Below, in pieces: positions 18,597 through 28,093 of a DNA stretch of 64,000 bases; positions within the stretch are counted from its first letter, which is position 1; each line of letters starts with the position of its first letter. Under the pieces are notes generated by a model. That model did no database searches. It saw nothing but the letters and a program-made list of their open reading frames with translations, and was not told the origin of the DNA. The stretch is from a virus. A program made the position numbers and the translations under genes. Location: positions 95,484 through 159,483 of IMG/VR virus record IMGVR_UViG_3300005573_000054; one strand, written 5' to 3'.

Positions 18597-19778
18597 ATGG
18601 CAATCCAAATTCAAAACAGTGATAAAGTTGATATTCTCTTTGTGGGTAATACAGGGTATCCGTTTTCTCACTCTGGTGTCGGAACGTTTATACGGACACT
18701 TATTCAAGAAATGCCTTCATTGACGTTTGGCATTTTATCCTTGATGAGTGGTAACGCTTCTTCAATTATATGGGATCTTCCTGGAAATGTTCGTTTCGTG
18801 GCTTCACAAGAAGTTCCAAGAAGTTTGGAACCACATAAGATTTCAACTTCGGGTGTAGAAGATTTCATGAAGGAAACTATAAATGAAATCTTTCCCAAAA
18901 TTTCTCCCAGAATAGTTCACGCAGTTTCACCAGAGTATTCTGGGTTGTTTGCAAAAACTCTTAAATTGAATCATAGTATTCCCGTTGTTTACACGGAACA
19001 TTACGATATTATTCAGCTTAGGGAAGCAATGAAAGATCTTATAATAGAAGAGGATAGATCTACATTCGATCCTATTTTTGAAGAGTCGAGACGATGTCTA
19101 TATAATTTTAGTGACATCGTAGTACTTGTAGATAATGTTTCCATGGAGAAGTATTTGAAACTTGGTGGAAGAGAAGAAAAGGCTCGAGTAATCTCGAATG
19201 CTGTTAATGTTAACTTGTTTTCTCAATATGTGAAAGATTTTTCTGAAAAATCTAATGTGGTTGTTTATGTTTCAAGGTCTTCTCCTCACAAAAACATCGT
19301 TGATTTTATTCAAGTTATCAAAATTCTTAATGAAAGAGATAGTTCAATAGAAGGTCTTCTTATCGGTATAGGAGAAAGAGAATCTTTACCTTATGAGTTT
19401 GTTAAAGTTATTCCTTTTACGAGTAATACTATTGAACAGCTTTCTAAAGCGAAAGTGTTCCTTTCAACTAGTAGATATGAAACGAATACTATTGCTGTTT
19501 TAGAAGCTTTAGCTTGTGGAGTTCCTTGTGTTTTAACAAATGTAGGTAGCCATGAAGAGATAATTTATGGAAAAACGATTGAGGATAAGCTTAAAGGTTA
19601 TTGTGGGTTTATAGTAAGAGTCGGAGATATAGATCAGATGGTTGATTCAGTTTATAAGTTGTTAAATGATGAGAAGTTGTGGATGAAATATAGAGATGTT
19701 GGTCTACAAAGAGTTTCGTCTCAATACTCTATTGATAAAATGGTTTCAGAGTACTTAAAAGTATATACTTCGTTTTGA
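18597..19778 (+). CDS. GT4 (GT-B) glycosyltransferase, PelF-like
   Basis: GYPFSHSGVGTFIRTLI, YTEH, ISNAVNV, SR..PHKNI, SRYETNTIAVLEALACGVPCVLTNVGS, and a PelF-like EDKLKGYCG insert. Confidence 0.8.
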   Translation: MAIQIQNSDKVDILFVGNTGYPFSHSGVGTFIRTLIQEMPSLTFGILSLMSGNASSIIWDLPGNVRFVASQEVPRSLEPHKISTSGVEDFMKETINEIFPKISPRIVHAVSPEYSGLFAKTLKLNHSIPVVYTEHYDIIQLREAMKDLIIEEDRSTFDPIFEESRRCLYNFSDIVVLVDNVSMEKYLKLGGREEKARVISNAVNVNLFSQYVKDFSEKSNVVVYVSRSSPHKNIVDFIQVIKILNERDSSIEGLLIGIGERESLPYEFVKVIPFTSNTIEQLSKAKVFLSTSRYETNTIAVLEALACGVPCVLTNVGSHEEIIYGKTIEDKLKGYCGFIVRVGDIDQMVDSVYKLLNDEKLWMKYRDVGLQRVSSQYSIDKMVSEYLKVYTSF

Positions 19779-19798
19779 TCAAAATAAGGAGTTAAAAG

Positions 19799-20221
19799 AT
19801 GTCAGGGTATACAAGATATCCAATACAAGCCGCGTGGACTGGTTCGGTACCTCCAGGAGAACCACCAGAGGGTGCTATCTGGGTAGATACATCTGAAGTT
19901 CCTTATGTAGTAAAGATCTGGGATAGGACTCGCTGGAGAGTAATTAGTCAGATTCGACGCGAAGCCCTAAGAATTAGTTCGATACCTCCTGATTCTCCCG
20001 AAGTTGGAGATATATGGTGTGATGTTTCTTTACCCGTTCCAACCTTGAAGATTTGGGATGGTCAGGATTGGATCGATATTAGAAGTCATGTAGACGCGGA
20101 AACGTTGAATGGATTTCATGCTTCGGAAGTTCCTCTACCGTATACAATACCCGTGTCAGGCTTCGATGGTTATATTACGTGGAACTGGTTGCCTCCTGTA
20201 TTAGATGGAGGTCAATTATAA
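19799..20221 (+). CDS. Fibre adaptor protein (RYPIQAAW anchor, DAETLNG motif, C-terminal LDGGQL)
   Basis: Consists almost only of motifs shared with neighbouring fibre proteins. Confidence 0.6.
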   Translation: MSGYTRYPIQAAWTGSVPPGEPPEGAIWVDTSEVPYVVKIWDRTRWRVISQIRREALRISSIPPDSPEVGDIWCDVSLPVPTLKIWDGQDWIDIRSHVDAETLNGFHASEVPLPYTIPVSGFDGYITWNWLPPVLDGGQL

Positions 20222-20252
20222 AAAAGTATTTTTAGAAGGAGGATGATGAGTT

Positions 20253-21275
20253 ATGCCGAAAATTTTAATCAAAAGAGGGACAGTAGGTCCAGGTACTACT
20301 CTTGATCTAGGTGAATTGGCGTTCCGTCATGACACCAATGAACTGTTTATTGGTAAGGGTGTAGGTAATCAACCAGTAAAAGTTTCCACTTGGAAAGAGT
20401 ATCACACAGATTTCTCTATTCTGGTTGCTAATACCGCAGAAACTCCCGAGAGCATCACTATACCAACGAATACTGTTTTGGGTCGTACAACTGGTAGTAT
20501 TACACCTCTGAGTGGTTCTGCTGTCTGGGATATTATTAATGGATACAACGAAACCAATATCAATGTTAACAGCAAAAGAATTACAAACCTTGCTAATCCC
20601 GTTAATGCTTCAGATGCTACCACAAAGTCTTATGTTGATAGCCTCGTTTCCGTAGGTCTTACTTTCCATGAAGCCGTTCTTACGAAGTCTCTATCTTCTC
20701 CACCTGCTAATCCAACAACAGGGGCTCGTTACTGGATTGGTGAATCTCCTTCGGGGGATTGGTCTGGGCACGCATATCAGATTGCTACCTGGAATGGAAC
20801 CGCATGGATATTTGAAGAGATGACCAAGGGTGATACAGCATACGTGATTGATGAGTCAGTGTTCTATTTCTATGATCCAGATGCTACAGGTGATAAGAGA
20901 AGACAACTTTATACGGGTATAGGTAACCACGCTGCAACACATCATGCAGGTGGTTCTGATCCTATCGATGTAAAAGACCTTGTTGATTCTGGTAACAACC
21001 TATTGTTCCACGCATTCTCTGCAAAGGGTCAGATTCTTGTAGGAACAGGAAATGGTACCTGGACTGCTCTTCCTGTTGGTTCTGATGGTCAATTTCTTGT
21101 AGCCGACTCAAATGAAGCCTCTGGAGTTAAATGGTCGACAAATGTATATACTACTTTCTTGAACCTAACTGACACACCATCATCATATACTGGTTCAGAA
21201 GGTTATTTTGTGAGAGTAAATTCTACTGGTACGGCCTTAGAGTTTGTTAATGTAATAGATGGTGGAACACTGTAA
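20253..21275 (+). CDS. Tail fibre/adaptor protein (KRGT N-terminus, C-terminal IDGGTL)
   Basis: ILIKRGT...LGELA...TNELFIG, ITNLANPVNASDATTKSYVD fibre motif, FLNLTDTPSSYTG motif. Confidence 0.7.
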   Translation: MPKILIKRGTVGPGTTLDLGELAFRHDTNELFIGKGVGNQPVKVSTWKEYHTDFSILVANTAETPESITIPTNTVLGRTTGSITPLSGSAVWDIINGYNETNINVNSKRITNLANPVNASDATTKSYVDSLVSVGLTFHEAVLTKSLSSPPANPTTGARYWIGESPSGDWSGHAYQIATWNGTAWIFEEMTKGDTAYVIDESVFYFYDPDATGDKRRQLYTGIGNHAATHHAGGSDPIDVKDLVDSGNNLLFHAFSAKGQILVGTGNGTWTALPVGSDGQFLVADSNEASGVKWSTNVYTTFLNLTDTPSSYTGSEGYFVRVNSTGTALEFVNVIDGGTL

Positions 21276-21290
21276 TCTTTAACGTTAAAA

Positions 21291-21325
21291 CAACCTGCTA
21301 TCTTTATTTGTAAGGTAGCAGGTTG
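21291..21325. terminator. Intergenic stem-loop
   Basis: caacctgctatct-N9-aggtagcaggttg, a 13-bp stem with one G-U pair. Flanked by A-runs, with no U-tract on the + strand. Confidence 0.5.
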
Positions 21326-21409
21326 AAAAATCTCCAATCACTCTATCAAAAAATTACATAACCATGTTACGCAAAAACATAAATTCACTTTTAATAAGGA
21401 GTTTTCAAA

Positions 21410-21841
21410 ATGAAAGAAAGTATGGAAGAAGGAGTAGTTGCGACTATAATAAGTGATGAAAATGAGAAAGCTGTTCTCTCTGTCGATGATTTGATAATGA
21501 AGATAGGAACTCTTACTGTAGAAAAGTTGGAACTTGAAAAGAAAATAAGCCAGGTTTCTAAGACTTACACCGAGATTATAGAAAAATTGACACAGACAAC
21601 TAAAGACTTCGAGTTGAAAAAACAAGAGTATCAGAATTTAATGTCTAAGTATAGTGAGGCGATTGAACAGTTAGATCAGGAAAAACGGAAAACTAATTCT
21701 CTCAATAAAGAAGTTGAGAGATTGAATAGTGAAAATAAACGTCTTCGAGAAGAGAACTCTCAACTTTCAGAGATAATACAGAATCGACAACAACAAATCT
21801 CAAGTCTCGAAGAAAACATACGTAAATTAGAACAAAGATAA
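21410..21841 (+). CDS. Coiled-coil hypothetical protein
   Basis: Continuous heptad pattern; AAGGAG RBS. Confidence 0.6.
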   Translation: MKESMEEGVVATIISDENEKAVLSVDDLIMKIGTLTVEKLELEKKISQVSKTYTEIIEKLTQTTKDFELKKQEYQNLMSKYSEAIEQLDQEKRKTNSLNKEVERLNSENKRLREENSQLSEIIQNRQQQISSLEENIRKLEQR

Positions 21842-21872
21842 AAAAATAAAACCATATGGAAGGACTCAAATC

Positions 21873-22241
21873 ATGAAAGGAAAAATCCAAATCTTTGAGT
21901 TCTGGTCGAAAGAAGTTGGAAATATGAATATTGTGACTAAGTTTTTGGTAGATCTAGTTCAACGCATAGGAATGACCCCTCATGGATATCCTCAGGTTAT
22001 TCCTTATCCTAAAGAAAATTTAGGGAATACTGTGATTAGTTCTTTTGTGGCTTATCAACCACTATATGAAAGTTATGTTGTTTTCGATAATTGGGTTGAT
22101 TTAAATTATGCGAATCTTGTTGTAAATTCTTGTAAAGACTATGATTCTAGTATTGTTGAGCAAACTATTATAGAACACTTTGCTTGTGAGGAAGTGAGGT
22201 CACTAGAACCAGTATTCTATACTGGAGAAAAGGAAGTTTGA
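21873..22241 (+). CDS. S-adenosylmethionine decarboxylase (SpeD)-like pyruvoyl proenzyme, divergent
   Basis: FLVDLVQRIGMT...QPLYES-YVVFDNW...YANLVVNSCKDYD aligns by eye to the IxES-HISIHTW...YxxxDxFSCKxFD pattern. Confidence 0.6.
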   Translation: MKGKIQIFEFWSKEVGNMNIVTKFLVDLVQRIGMTPHGYPQVIPYPKENLGNTVISSFVAYQPLYESYVVFDNWVDLNYANLVVNSCKDYDSSIVEQTIIEHFACEEVRSLEPVFYTGEKEV

Positions 22242-22318
22242 AAGTTCCTTTGGTAAAAAAGAACAAAAAAGATATGATCATATGACAAAATCAATTAAAA
22301 CAGAGGAGGAGTTTTAAC

Positions 22319-22639
22319 ATGAAGTGTACATTTGTTGATGTTGTCAATCTTTCATTAGAAAGACGTTCACAGTCATGGCAGGATTTTCGTCAACTTAAGA
22401 TGTCCACACAACAGGCAGTAAAGATTGTTCGTCTTCTTTCTGAAGTAAACAAGAAGGCGGAAGAGTTTGATAAAATGCGACAAGAGATTATAGAAAACGA
22501 ATCAATTACCGATAAAGCAGCTGCTATTAATGAGCTTTTACTTCAGGAGGTTGAAATTGACTCTGGTTACATTGAACTTCCTGAGGAGGCTCCGTTTTCA
22601 GTAATCGAAGTGTTAGCACCATTTTCCAAACAAGATTAA
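22319..22639 (+). CDS. Hypothetical phage protein
   Basis: GGAGGAG RBS; preceded by GAACAAAAAAGA at 22261. Confidence 0.6.
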   Translation: MKCTFVDVVNLSLERRSQSWQDFRQLKMSTQQAVKIVRLLSEVNKKAEEFDKMRQEIIENESITDKAAAINELLLQEVEIDSGYIELPEEAPFSVIEVLAPFSKQD

Positions 22640-22654
22640 ATAGAATATTATTAG

Positions 22655-22692
22655 AGAATAATGTGCCCTTCCAGGCGCATTATTCTTTTCTG
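22655..22692 (+). terminator. Intrinsic terminator
   Basis: agaataatgtgcc-cttcca-ggcgcattattct stem followed by a T-rich tract. A GAACA motif follows at 22715. Confidence 0.65.
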
Positions 22693-22760
22693 TTCTCGCC
22701 TTTGTTAAACATTTGAACAAATATCGATAAGTTTTTATCTTTTTAACTGGGGGAATCCGA

Positions 22761-23087
22761 ATGCCTATCTCTTTAACAAGTGGTATCTTGGCTGCAGCGA
22801 AACCTACAGCAAATAGCTTCCAAGATTTGTGGACTTGTCCTTCTGGAAAAAGCGGAACATTTTCTATTTACGTCTCCAATTTGGGGAGCAATTCTTGTGA
22901 AATTTTTATAAGAGCGGTAAAGTCAGGAGATACTCCTGGAGATCAGCATGTAATCCTCCATACAGTGATGCCTGGAGTTAGCTCGTGGAATCTTACAGGT
23001 ATTGCTTTAGGCTCTGGTGATAAGATTCAAGTAATGTCTAATACCGGTAACACGAGTTTTGTTCTTATGGGTGTGTTAACATCGTAG
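22761..23087 (+). CDS. Small beta-rich virion/tail-associated protein
   Basis: LWTCP...IYVSN...GIALGSGDKIQV pattern typical of small fibre-associated phage proteins. Confidence 0.5.
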   Translation: MPISLTSGILAAAKPTANSFQDLWTCPSGKSGTFSIYVSNLGSNSCEIFIRAVKSGDTPGDQHVILHTVMPGVSSWNLTGIALGSGDKIQVMSNTGNTSFVLMGVLTS

Positions 23088-23099
23088 TGAGGTGATATT

Positions 23100-23423
23100 A
23101 TGTCTGTGTTGATTCCCCTTTTTAACTGCTACGTATCTCAAACTCCGCCTCCTCAAGCCGTTTTGGGAACTCTATGGCTTGATACAAACACCAACGAATT
23201 CAAGGTCTGTACCAACCCTGACACTAATACTTGGTATGTTATCGATATCGACGTATCCAATACTCCACCACCAAATCCCAGTATTGGAGATTTGTTTGTC
23301 AATACTTCGTATTCACCACCTCTTCTAGAGATATATTTAGGTCCAAGTTCAGGTTGGGTAGTAATTTCAAATGAATATAATGAGATACAGTCAATAGCGT
23401 TAAACTTTTTCTGTATTTCTTAA
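23100..23423 (+). CDS. Small fibre-type protein with P..P..GxLWxDT repeats
   Basis: Two repeats resembling those in 13490, 17645 and 19799. Confidence 0.55.
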   Translation: MSVLIPLFNCYVSQTPPPQAVLGTLWLDTNTNEFKVCTNPDTNTWYVIDIDVSNTPPPNPSIGDLFVNTSYSPPLLEIYLGPSSGWVVISNEYNEIQSIALNFFCIS

Positions 23424-23435
23424 AAAGGAACTAAT

Positions 23436-23738
23436 ATGTCACTACCAGAAGATGTTGAAAAGATAATTAAAGGTCATTTTGAGTCTTGTGAAAATAAGTT
23501 TAGACTCATAGTTTCGGAAGCTATTGATTCGAAATTAGTAAGAGTTAATGATACAAAAGTAGATGTTGATATTTGTAGAACGAAACACGAAGCAGTTCAC
23601 GCAAAAATTGATTCTCTTAAAGAAGAAATCCGTGAGTTGCAAACTCACGTGAAGAAAACAAATTTTATGTTAATATCAACTCTTATAGGTTTTATATTAT
23701 CTCTTATTATGAATGTTTTTAGTAGACTTTTAAAATAA
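23436..23738 (+). CDS. Coiled-coil protein with C-terminal TM helix
   Basis: Heptads followed by FMLISTLIGFILSLIMNVF. Confidence 0.55.
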   Translation: MSLPEDVEKIIKGHFESCENKFRLIVSEAIDSKLVRVNDTKVDVDICRTKHEAVHAKIDSLKEEIRELQTHVKKTNFMLISTLIGFILSLIMNVFSRLLK

Positions 23739-23746
23739 AAAAAGGA

Positions 23747-23953
23747 GTGTATCTCTTGGATGCTCAAGCTAAATCTTTAGATTCACACTCACTAGAAGCT
23801 AGTTTAGACGAGTTAAACAAAAAAATTCTTACCACAATAGATGATATACAGAAAGACCTCAAGCGTCTTAAATTCAGATTAAAAATAATAAGAATATCTT
23901 CGTTTTCTCTTAATATTGCTTATTGTATTATGTTAATTAAAATGTTTTTCTAA
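23747..23953 (+). CDS. Small coiled-coil/membrane hypothetical protein
   Basis: AAGGA directly upstream; hydrophobic C-terminus. Start uncertain. Confidence 0.4.
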   Translation: MYLLDAQAKSLDSHSLEASLDELNKKILTTIDDIQKDLKRLKFRLKIIRISSFSLNIAYCIMLIKMFF

Positions 23954-23992
23954 TTTTACTAAACTCTCAATTAACAATAAGGAGAAACCCAT

Positions 23993-24730
23993 ATGTCCAA
24001 ATTCGACCATCTCCGGTATAAAGACGTGTTACTTTGGCTTCAATATGTAGTTGATCATCTTCAGGATTCAGAGTCATACAGGAAAGGACTCGCAAAAGAG
24101 CTTTTATACAACTATTACCCCAAAGATGTCGTCGAAGAAGGTTTTTTTGACAAAGGTCCCACAATAGAGACTATCCTCGTGGACTTCTATGATAATACCC
24201 TATCAAAATTTCCTCCTGTAGTCGATCTTGTACTTCTTGAGTCTGTGTTGTTATTCGGAAGTAGGTGGAGTGAGAGACCTATTCTTAGAGCACTAACTCA
24301 GTGTATTAACTATAAGAAGCTTGATGATCCCATGTTTTCAAAAGACTTTTCTCGAAAAGAAAAGGTTGTTGATCCTGAGATAATCTCGTTTTTATGGAAT
24401 CTTTCTTTGAAAGACAGGTTCATCTTTTGTATCTTATGTCTCAGTGAATATCTCACTACTACTTCATATCTAATTAAAATCGGGAAAAGAACTTCTTCAG
24501 ATCTAATAAAAATAATTGGATATAAAATTACTTCATTAAAGAAGTATCTTTTTGAAAGATTCATTTCGTCGAAAAATTTCGCAGAAATTCGTCAAAACTT
24601 TTTATATAAAGAAGGTCTCCTTGAAACTCCAGGAGTTCCTATAGTAAACGATTTTATTGACAACAACGTTATTGACCAAGAGAACTCTTCTCAAGATCCA
24701 GATTTTTCAAAGTTTTTCCAAAATTCTTAA
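23993..24730 (+). CDS. Hypothetical protein
   Basis: AAGGAG RBS; 245 aa. Confidence 0.6.
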   Translation: MSKFDHLRYKDVLLWLQYVVDHLQDSESYRKGLAKELLYNYYPKDVVEEGFFDKGPTIETILVDFYDNTLSKFPPVVDLVLLESVLLFGSRWSERPILRALTQCINYKKLDDPMFSKDFSRKEKVVDPEIISFLWNLSLKDRFIFCILCLSEYLTTTSYLIKIGKRTSSDLIKIIGYKITSLKKYLFERFISSKNFAEIRQNFLYKEGLLETPGVPIVNDFIDNNVIDQENSSQDPDFSKFFQNS

Positions 24731-24751
24731 TAAACAACAAGGAGGTTTCTT

Positions 24752-25627
24752 ATGACATTGCCCAGTACCCCATTGTTTTCTCCAGACGTTCTAAAAAGCT
24801 TTGAATACCCAAAATATGAAGTTCTTCTTCCGGGATTCAAACAACAGAAGACAGTACTCGTCACAAGTCTTCTTATCAAAGATGAAATGGAACTATCTTC
24901 TATTTCTACAGTAACGGAACACAAGTGGTTTGAAGAAATATGTAGGCTTGCGTTTAATAAGATTGTTGAAGGAAGAAAAGAGTTGTTCCCTTTAGGGTAT
25001 GATCAGTTTCTTGAGATGTGTAGCATTGACGATAGAGATGCGTTGCTCTTGGGAATTATTCATGCGACGTATGGAAACGACTTAAGTATCACCTTTAACT
25101 GTAATTCATGTTCTACTCCCAACGAACTGAAATTTCCTTTGAGTGAGTGTGTTCAAGTGACTCTACCTAAAATCCCTGAAGGAGTTGAGAAATATACCGA
25201 TGTTACAACGTCCTTCGAGATGGACGTTCCTTTTCACGTAAAAGCTACATTGAAAGTTCCCTCTCTTATAGAGTATAAGAGGTGTCTGGAATATGTGGAT
25301 AAAGTTTGTTCCTCTGAGAGCAAGAGGAGAGGATTTATGGCAAGTATTTTTCCCATGTTGACATGTCTACAGAGCCTTGAACTGCAAAGCACTGATCTGA
25401 ACATTCCCAGTATTCAACTCTCAAAGAATAATATGATTGACCTGGTTTCCCACTTATTGTCAATGCCAAAAAATTTTAAGAAGACCTTTTCATCAAAGAT
25501 ACGTGAGATAAATCCTGAAGACGTTGGAATTAAATTGCAGATGAAATTTACTTGTAGAGAGTGTGGAACCCTGAATGATGTTTCTCTTACGATTGTTGAC
25601 CTTTTTTTCCAAATGATCCTAAGTTAG
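24752..25627 (+). CDS. Baseplate hub assembly protein, T4 gp26-like
   Basis: PKYEVLLP, LLIKDE, DRDALLLGI..ATYG and two CxxC motifs (CNSC, CREC). Confidence 0.7.
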   Translation: MTLPSTPLFSPDVLKSFEYPKYEVLLPGFKQQKTVLVTSLLIKDEMELSSISTVTEHKWFEEICRLAFNKIVEGRKELFPLGYDQFLEMCSIDDRDALLLGIIHATYGNDLSITFNCNSCSTPNELKFPLSECVQVTLPKIPEGVEKYTDVTTSFEMDVPFHVKATLKVPSLIEYKRCLEYVDKVCSSESKRRGFMASIFPMLTCLQSLELQSTDLNIPSIQLSKNNMIDLVSHLLSMPKNFKKTFSSKIREINPEDVGIKLQMKFTCRECGTLNDVSLTIVDLFFQMILS

Positions 25628-25647
25628 CTAAGGAAAAGATATATAAT

Positions 25648-25851
25648 GTGTTTGAGATGGTAGCTTCCTTTCAGAAGTTAACTCAAACTACTTTCTCTGA
25701 TATACTTTTTTTACCAGTCCCGTTTTTGACGACTATAAGTGATATCATAGTTAAGCGTGAGAAAGTCCTCCTTGAGCAACTAGAGAAAATCACAGAACAG
25801 AGAAAGTCTTCCTCGAAAGAAGTTAATAGATTGACAGCTCTTGGTTTGTAG
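25648..25851 (+). CDS. Small baseplate assembly protein (T4 gp51-like position)
   Basis: Follows the gp26-like gene; FSDILFLPV pattern. Confidence 0.4.
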   Translation: MFEMVASFQKLTQTTFSDILFLPVPFLTTISDIIVKREKVLLEQLEKITEQRKSSSKEVNRLTALGL

Positions 25852-25908
25852 AGATCTAATTTTTGAACAAACGAAAGAGCTTATGTCAAACTTCTCGGGG
25901 TAGAGTTC

Positions 25909-26322
25909 GTGGATATTTTTGAAGAAAATTCTCCTATAAAATTAGCAAGAGTTTCAGAGTTTAAATCTCCAATATACGATTATCTTACACTCTTTGAAGT
26001 AGACGCTGTTATAGACCACATCCTTAAAATACTCTCTTGTCCTAAGGGGACTTATGTCTTTGATCCCGAGTTCGGATCTGATCTTCTTACCTACGTCTTT
26101 CAACCCCTTGATGAACTAACGATTACTTCTATTAAAAAAGAAGTTGAAAGAGTAATAAAATCTCATTCGAGAATATCTACTTTTTCTGTTATCGTAACTC
26201 CTAATATTACAGCAAACAAGGTTGATATAGATATTACTCTAACGTTCTCTACTGGTCAGACGAGAAACGTTGGACTAGTTGTTAACAGAAACGCTCAGTC
26301 CATCTCTGTCTTAGGAGTATAA
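25909..26322 (+). CDS. Baseplate wedge subunit, T4 gp25-like
   Basis: ILSCPKGTYVFDPEFGSDL..YVFQP motif. Confidence 0.8.
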   Translation: MDIFEENSPIKLARVSEFKSPIYDYLTLFEVDAVIDHILKILSCPKGTYVFDPEFGSDLLTYVFQPLDELTITSIKKEVERVIKSHSRISTFSVIVTPNITANKVDIDITLTFSTGQTRNVGLVVNRNAQSISVLGV

Positions 26323-26328
26323 TATTTA

Positions 26329-27231
26329 ATGCCTGGAAACACTTTAGGTTCCAACTTTTTCAATGATAAAAAAATTGTCTCTATAGTAAAATGTAAGAAG
26401 TGGGTAACCGATGACCTCCCACTTGCAAGAGAATTTATGAAAGTAATCCCTCATCTTGAGGATTCTGTCTTTTTTTCATTTAAGAAAGGAGAGTCTCTTA
26501 GGTCCCAGCTTCAGAAGTTTTTTCTAAAAACTAGTGAAAAGACATCAGGTTTCAACTCAATAGCTGGTCTTGCTACCTCAGACTTTATCCTCGTTAACAC
26601 GTTTTTTAGGTCAGGTCTGGCTAACGAAGAAGAAGTTCTACATACTCCCGTTCCAGTTAGGTTTAGAGCATGGGCTGTTTTGTTCCACGAATTAACCCAT
26701 TTTATCTGTAACCAGTCTAATTATTTATTTCTTAAGAGCAAAGATAAGTTATTTGAATTTTACTTCGAACTCTATTCCAAATGTTTTTCTTCGAGTAATC
26801 TATCTCAATACCCAAAAAGTATTGCTGGGTTGTATGTTGATCTTCTTCGTAGTGCTACTTCCGGAGAATCAGAAAAACTTCATAATACGTTATATAAAAA
26901 TCTGAAGTCGTTTTTGTTGAAAAACTCATCAAAAGCCTCTGATAAGAAGCTTCTTGAACAGATTCTTGAAGTAGCGAATATCCTTAATAGCGCTAAAGCA
27001 GAGTCAGTAGCAATGGCTCTCCTTAAGAGGAAGTTGCTTCAAGAGACTTTTAGACAGGTGTATGATCAAGTGTTTAAACTTGGTAATGTTGCTACTAGAA
27101 CTACATTGTTTGGACAAGAGATTCTTATCCCTTCTGAGGTTCTTGCTGTAGTAGCTGGAGATGTCATCTTTAAGAATAAGTATTCGATGGTTATTTGTAA
27201 AAGTATCCTTCAGTATTTTCTTGAGGGGTAA
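26329..27231 (+). CDS. Zincin-like metallopeptidase
   Basis: VLFHELTH (HExxH) plus downstream EVLA as a candidate third ligand. Confidence 0.5.
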   Translation: MPGNTLGSNFFNDKKIVSIVKCKKWVTDDLPLAREFMKVIPHLEDSVFFSFKKGESLRSQLQKFFLKTSEKTSGFNSIAGLATSDFILVNTFFRSGLANEEEVLHTPVPVRFRAWAVLFHELTHFICNQSNYLFLKSKDKLFEFYFELYSKCFSSSNLSQYPKSIAGLYVDLLRSATSGESEKLHNTLYKNLKSFLLKNSSKASDKKLLEQILEVANILNSAKAESVAMALLKRKLLQETFRQVYDQVFKLGNVATRTTLFGQEILIPSEVLAVVAGDVIFKNKYSMVICKSILQYFLEG

Positions 27232-27327
27232 GAAGATGAATTTGTTCTCTATAGAGTATATGGAGGGTGGAAAGTATTAAAATTAGTTTAAATAATGAAA
27301 AATTTCAAAAAGGAGGATTCAAAAGAA

Positions 27328-28077
27328 ATGAGTAGTGTTTTGTGGTTAGATGATGATTGGGATGGTTATCTTCTTGAGGCAAAGATGAGGAAAAGGGCCG
27401 CGAAAAAGAGAGCAATAAAGAGAGCTCTTCGTAAAAAGGCAATGAAGAAGCTTGCTGAGGCTTATCACTATTTGGCGCTTCTTGAAAATGAAAATCCAGA
27501 AACAAATCCAACAACAGATTCACCAAAACTTTCTGATGAACAAATCAAAGAACTACATAAACAAAGGGAAACAGAGGCCAAAGGTGCACTCAGAGAGTTA
27601 GTTAAAAAGTTTGCAGCAGAACACAATCTCACAGATGACCAGATAAATGCGACTGTTGATAGATTATATGACGCGTGTATGAAAGATTTTATACGTGCAT
27701 CAATATCCAAAGAAGATGTGTTGAAATTTATGAAGGGAGAAGGTTTCTTCAAGAGATTATGGAATAAAGTTGTAGCAGGGTTTAAATTCTTAGGAAAACC
27801 TTTCACTAAGATTGCAAAGTTCGTTAAAGATCAGTGGAATAAAGACACTCATAAGTGGTGGAGAAGAATAGGTCTAATCGCAGCTGCTTTAGCAGTAGTA
27901 GTATTGCTTATACTTGGTCGTAGGTATATTTGGGCCTTTTTAAAGTTCTTGGGGGGACTTGCAAAAAGAGGTTTCGATGCCGTAAAGAATTTCTTTGCAA
28001 GGATATTTGGTGGAAACAAGAGTGCTGAAGAGATTCGAAACGATGTAATCAACGTCGTCTCGTTGTACGATATGTAA
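27328..28077 (+). CDS. Putative internal virion protein with C-terminal TM and basic amphipathic helices
   Basis: AGGAGG precedes ATG 27328. Contains YLLE and ALLE motifs and the TM segment IGLIAAALAVVVLLILG. Confidence 0.55.
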   Translation: MSSVLWLDDDWDGYLLEAKMRKRAAKKRAIKRALRKKAMKKLAEAYHYLALLENENPETNPTTDSPKLSDEQIKELHKQRETEAKGALRELVKKFAAEHNLTDDQINATVDRLYDACMKDFIRASISKEDVLKFMKGEGFFKRLWNKVVAGFKFLGKPFTKIAKFVKDQWNKDTHKWWRRIGLIAAALAVVVLLILGRRYIWAFLKFLGGLAKRGFDAVKNFFARIFGGNKSAEEIRNDVINVVSLYDM

Positions 28078-28093
28078 CAAGCAAAAGGGTGCT

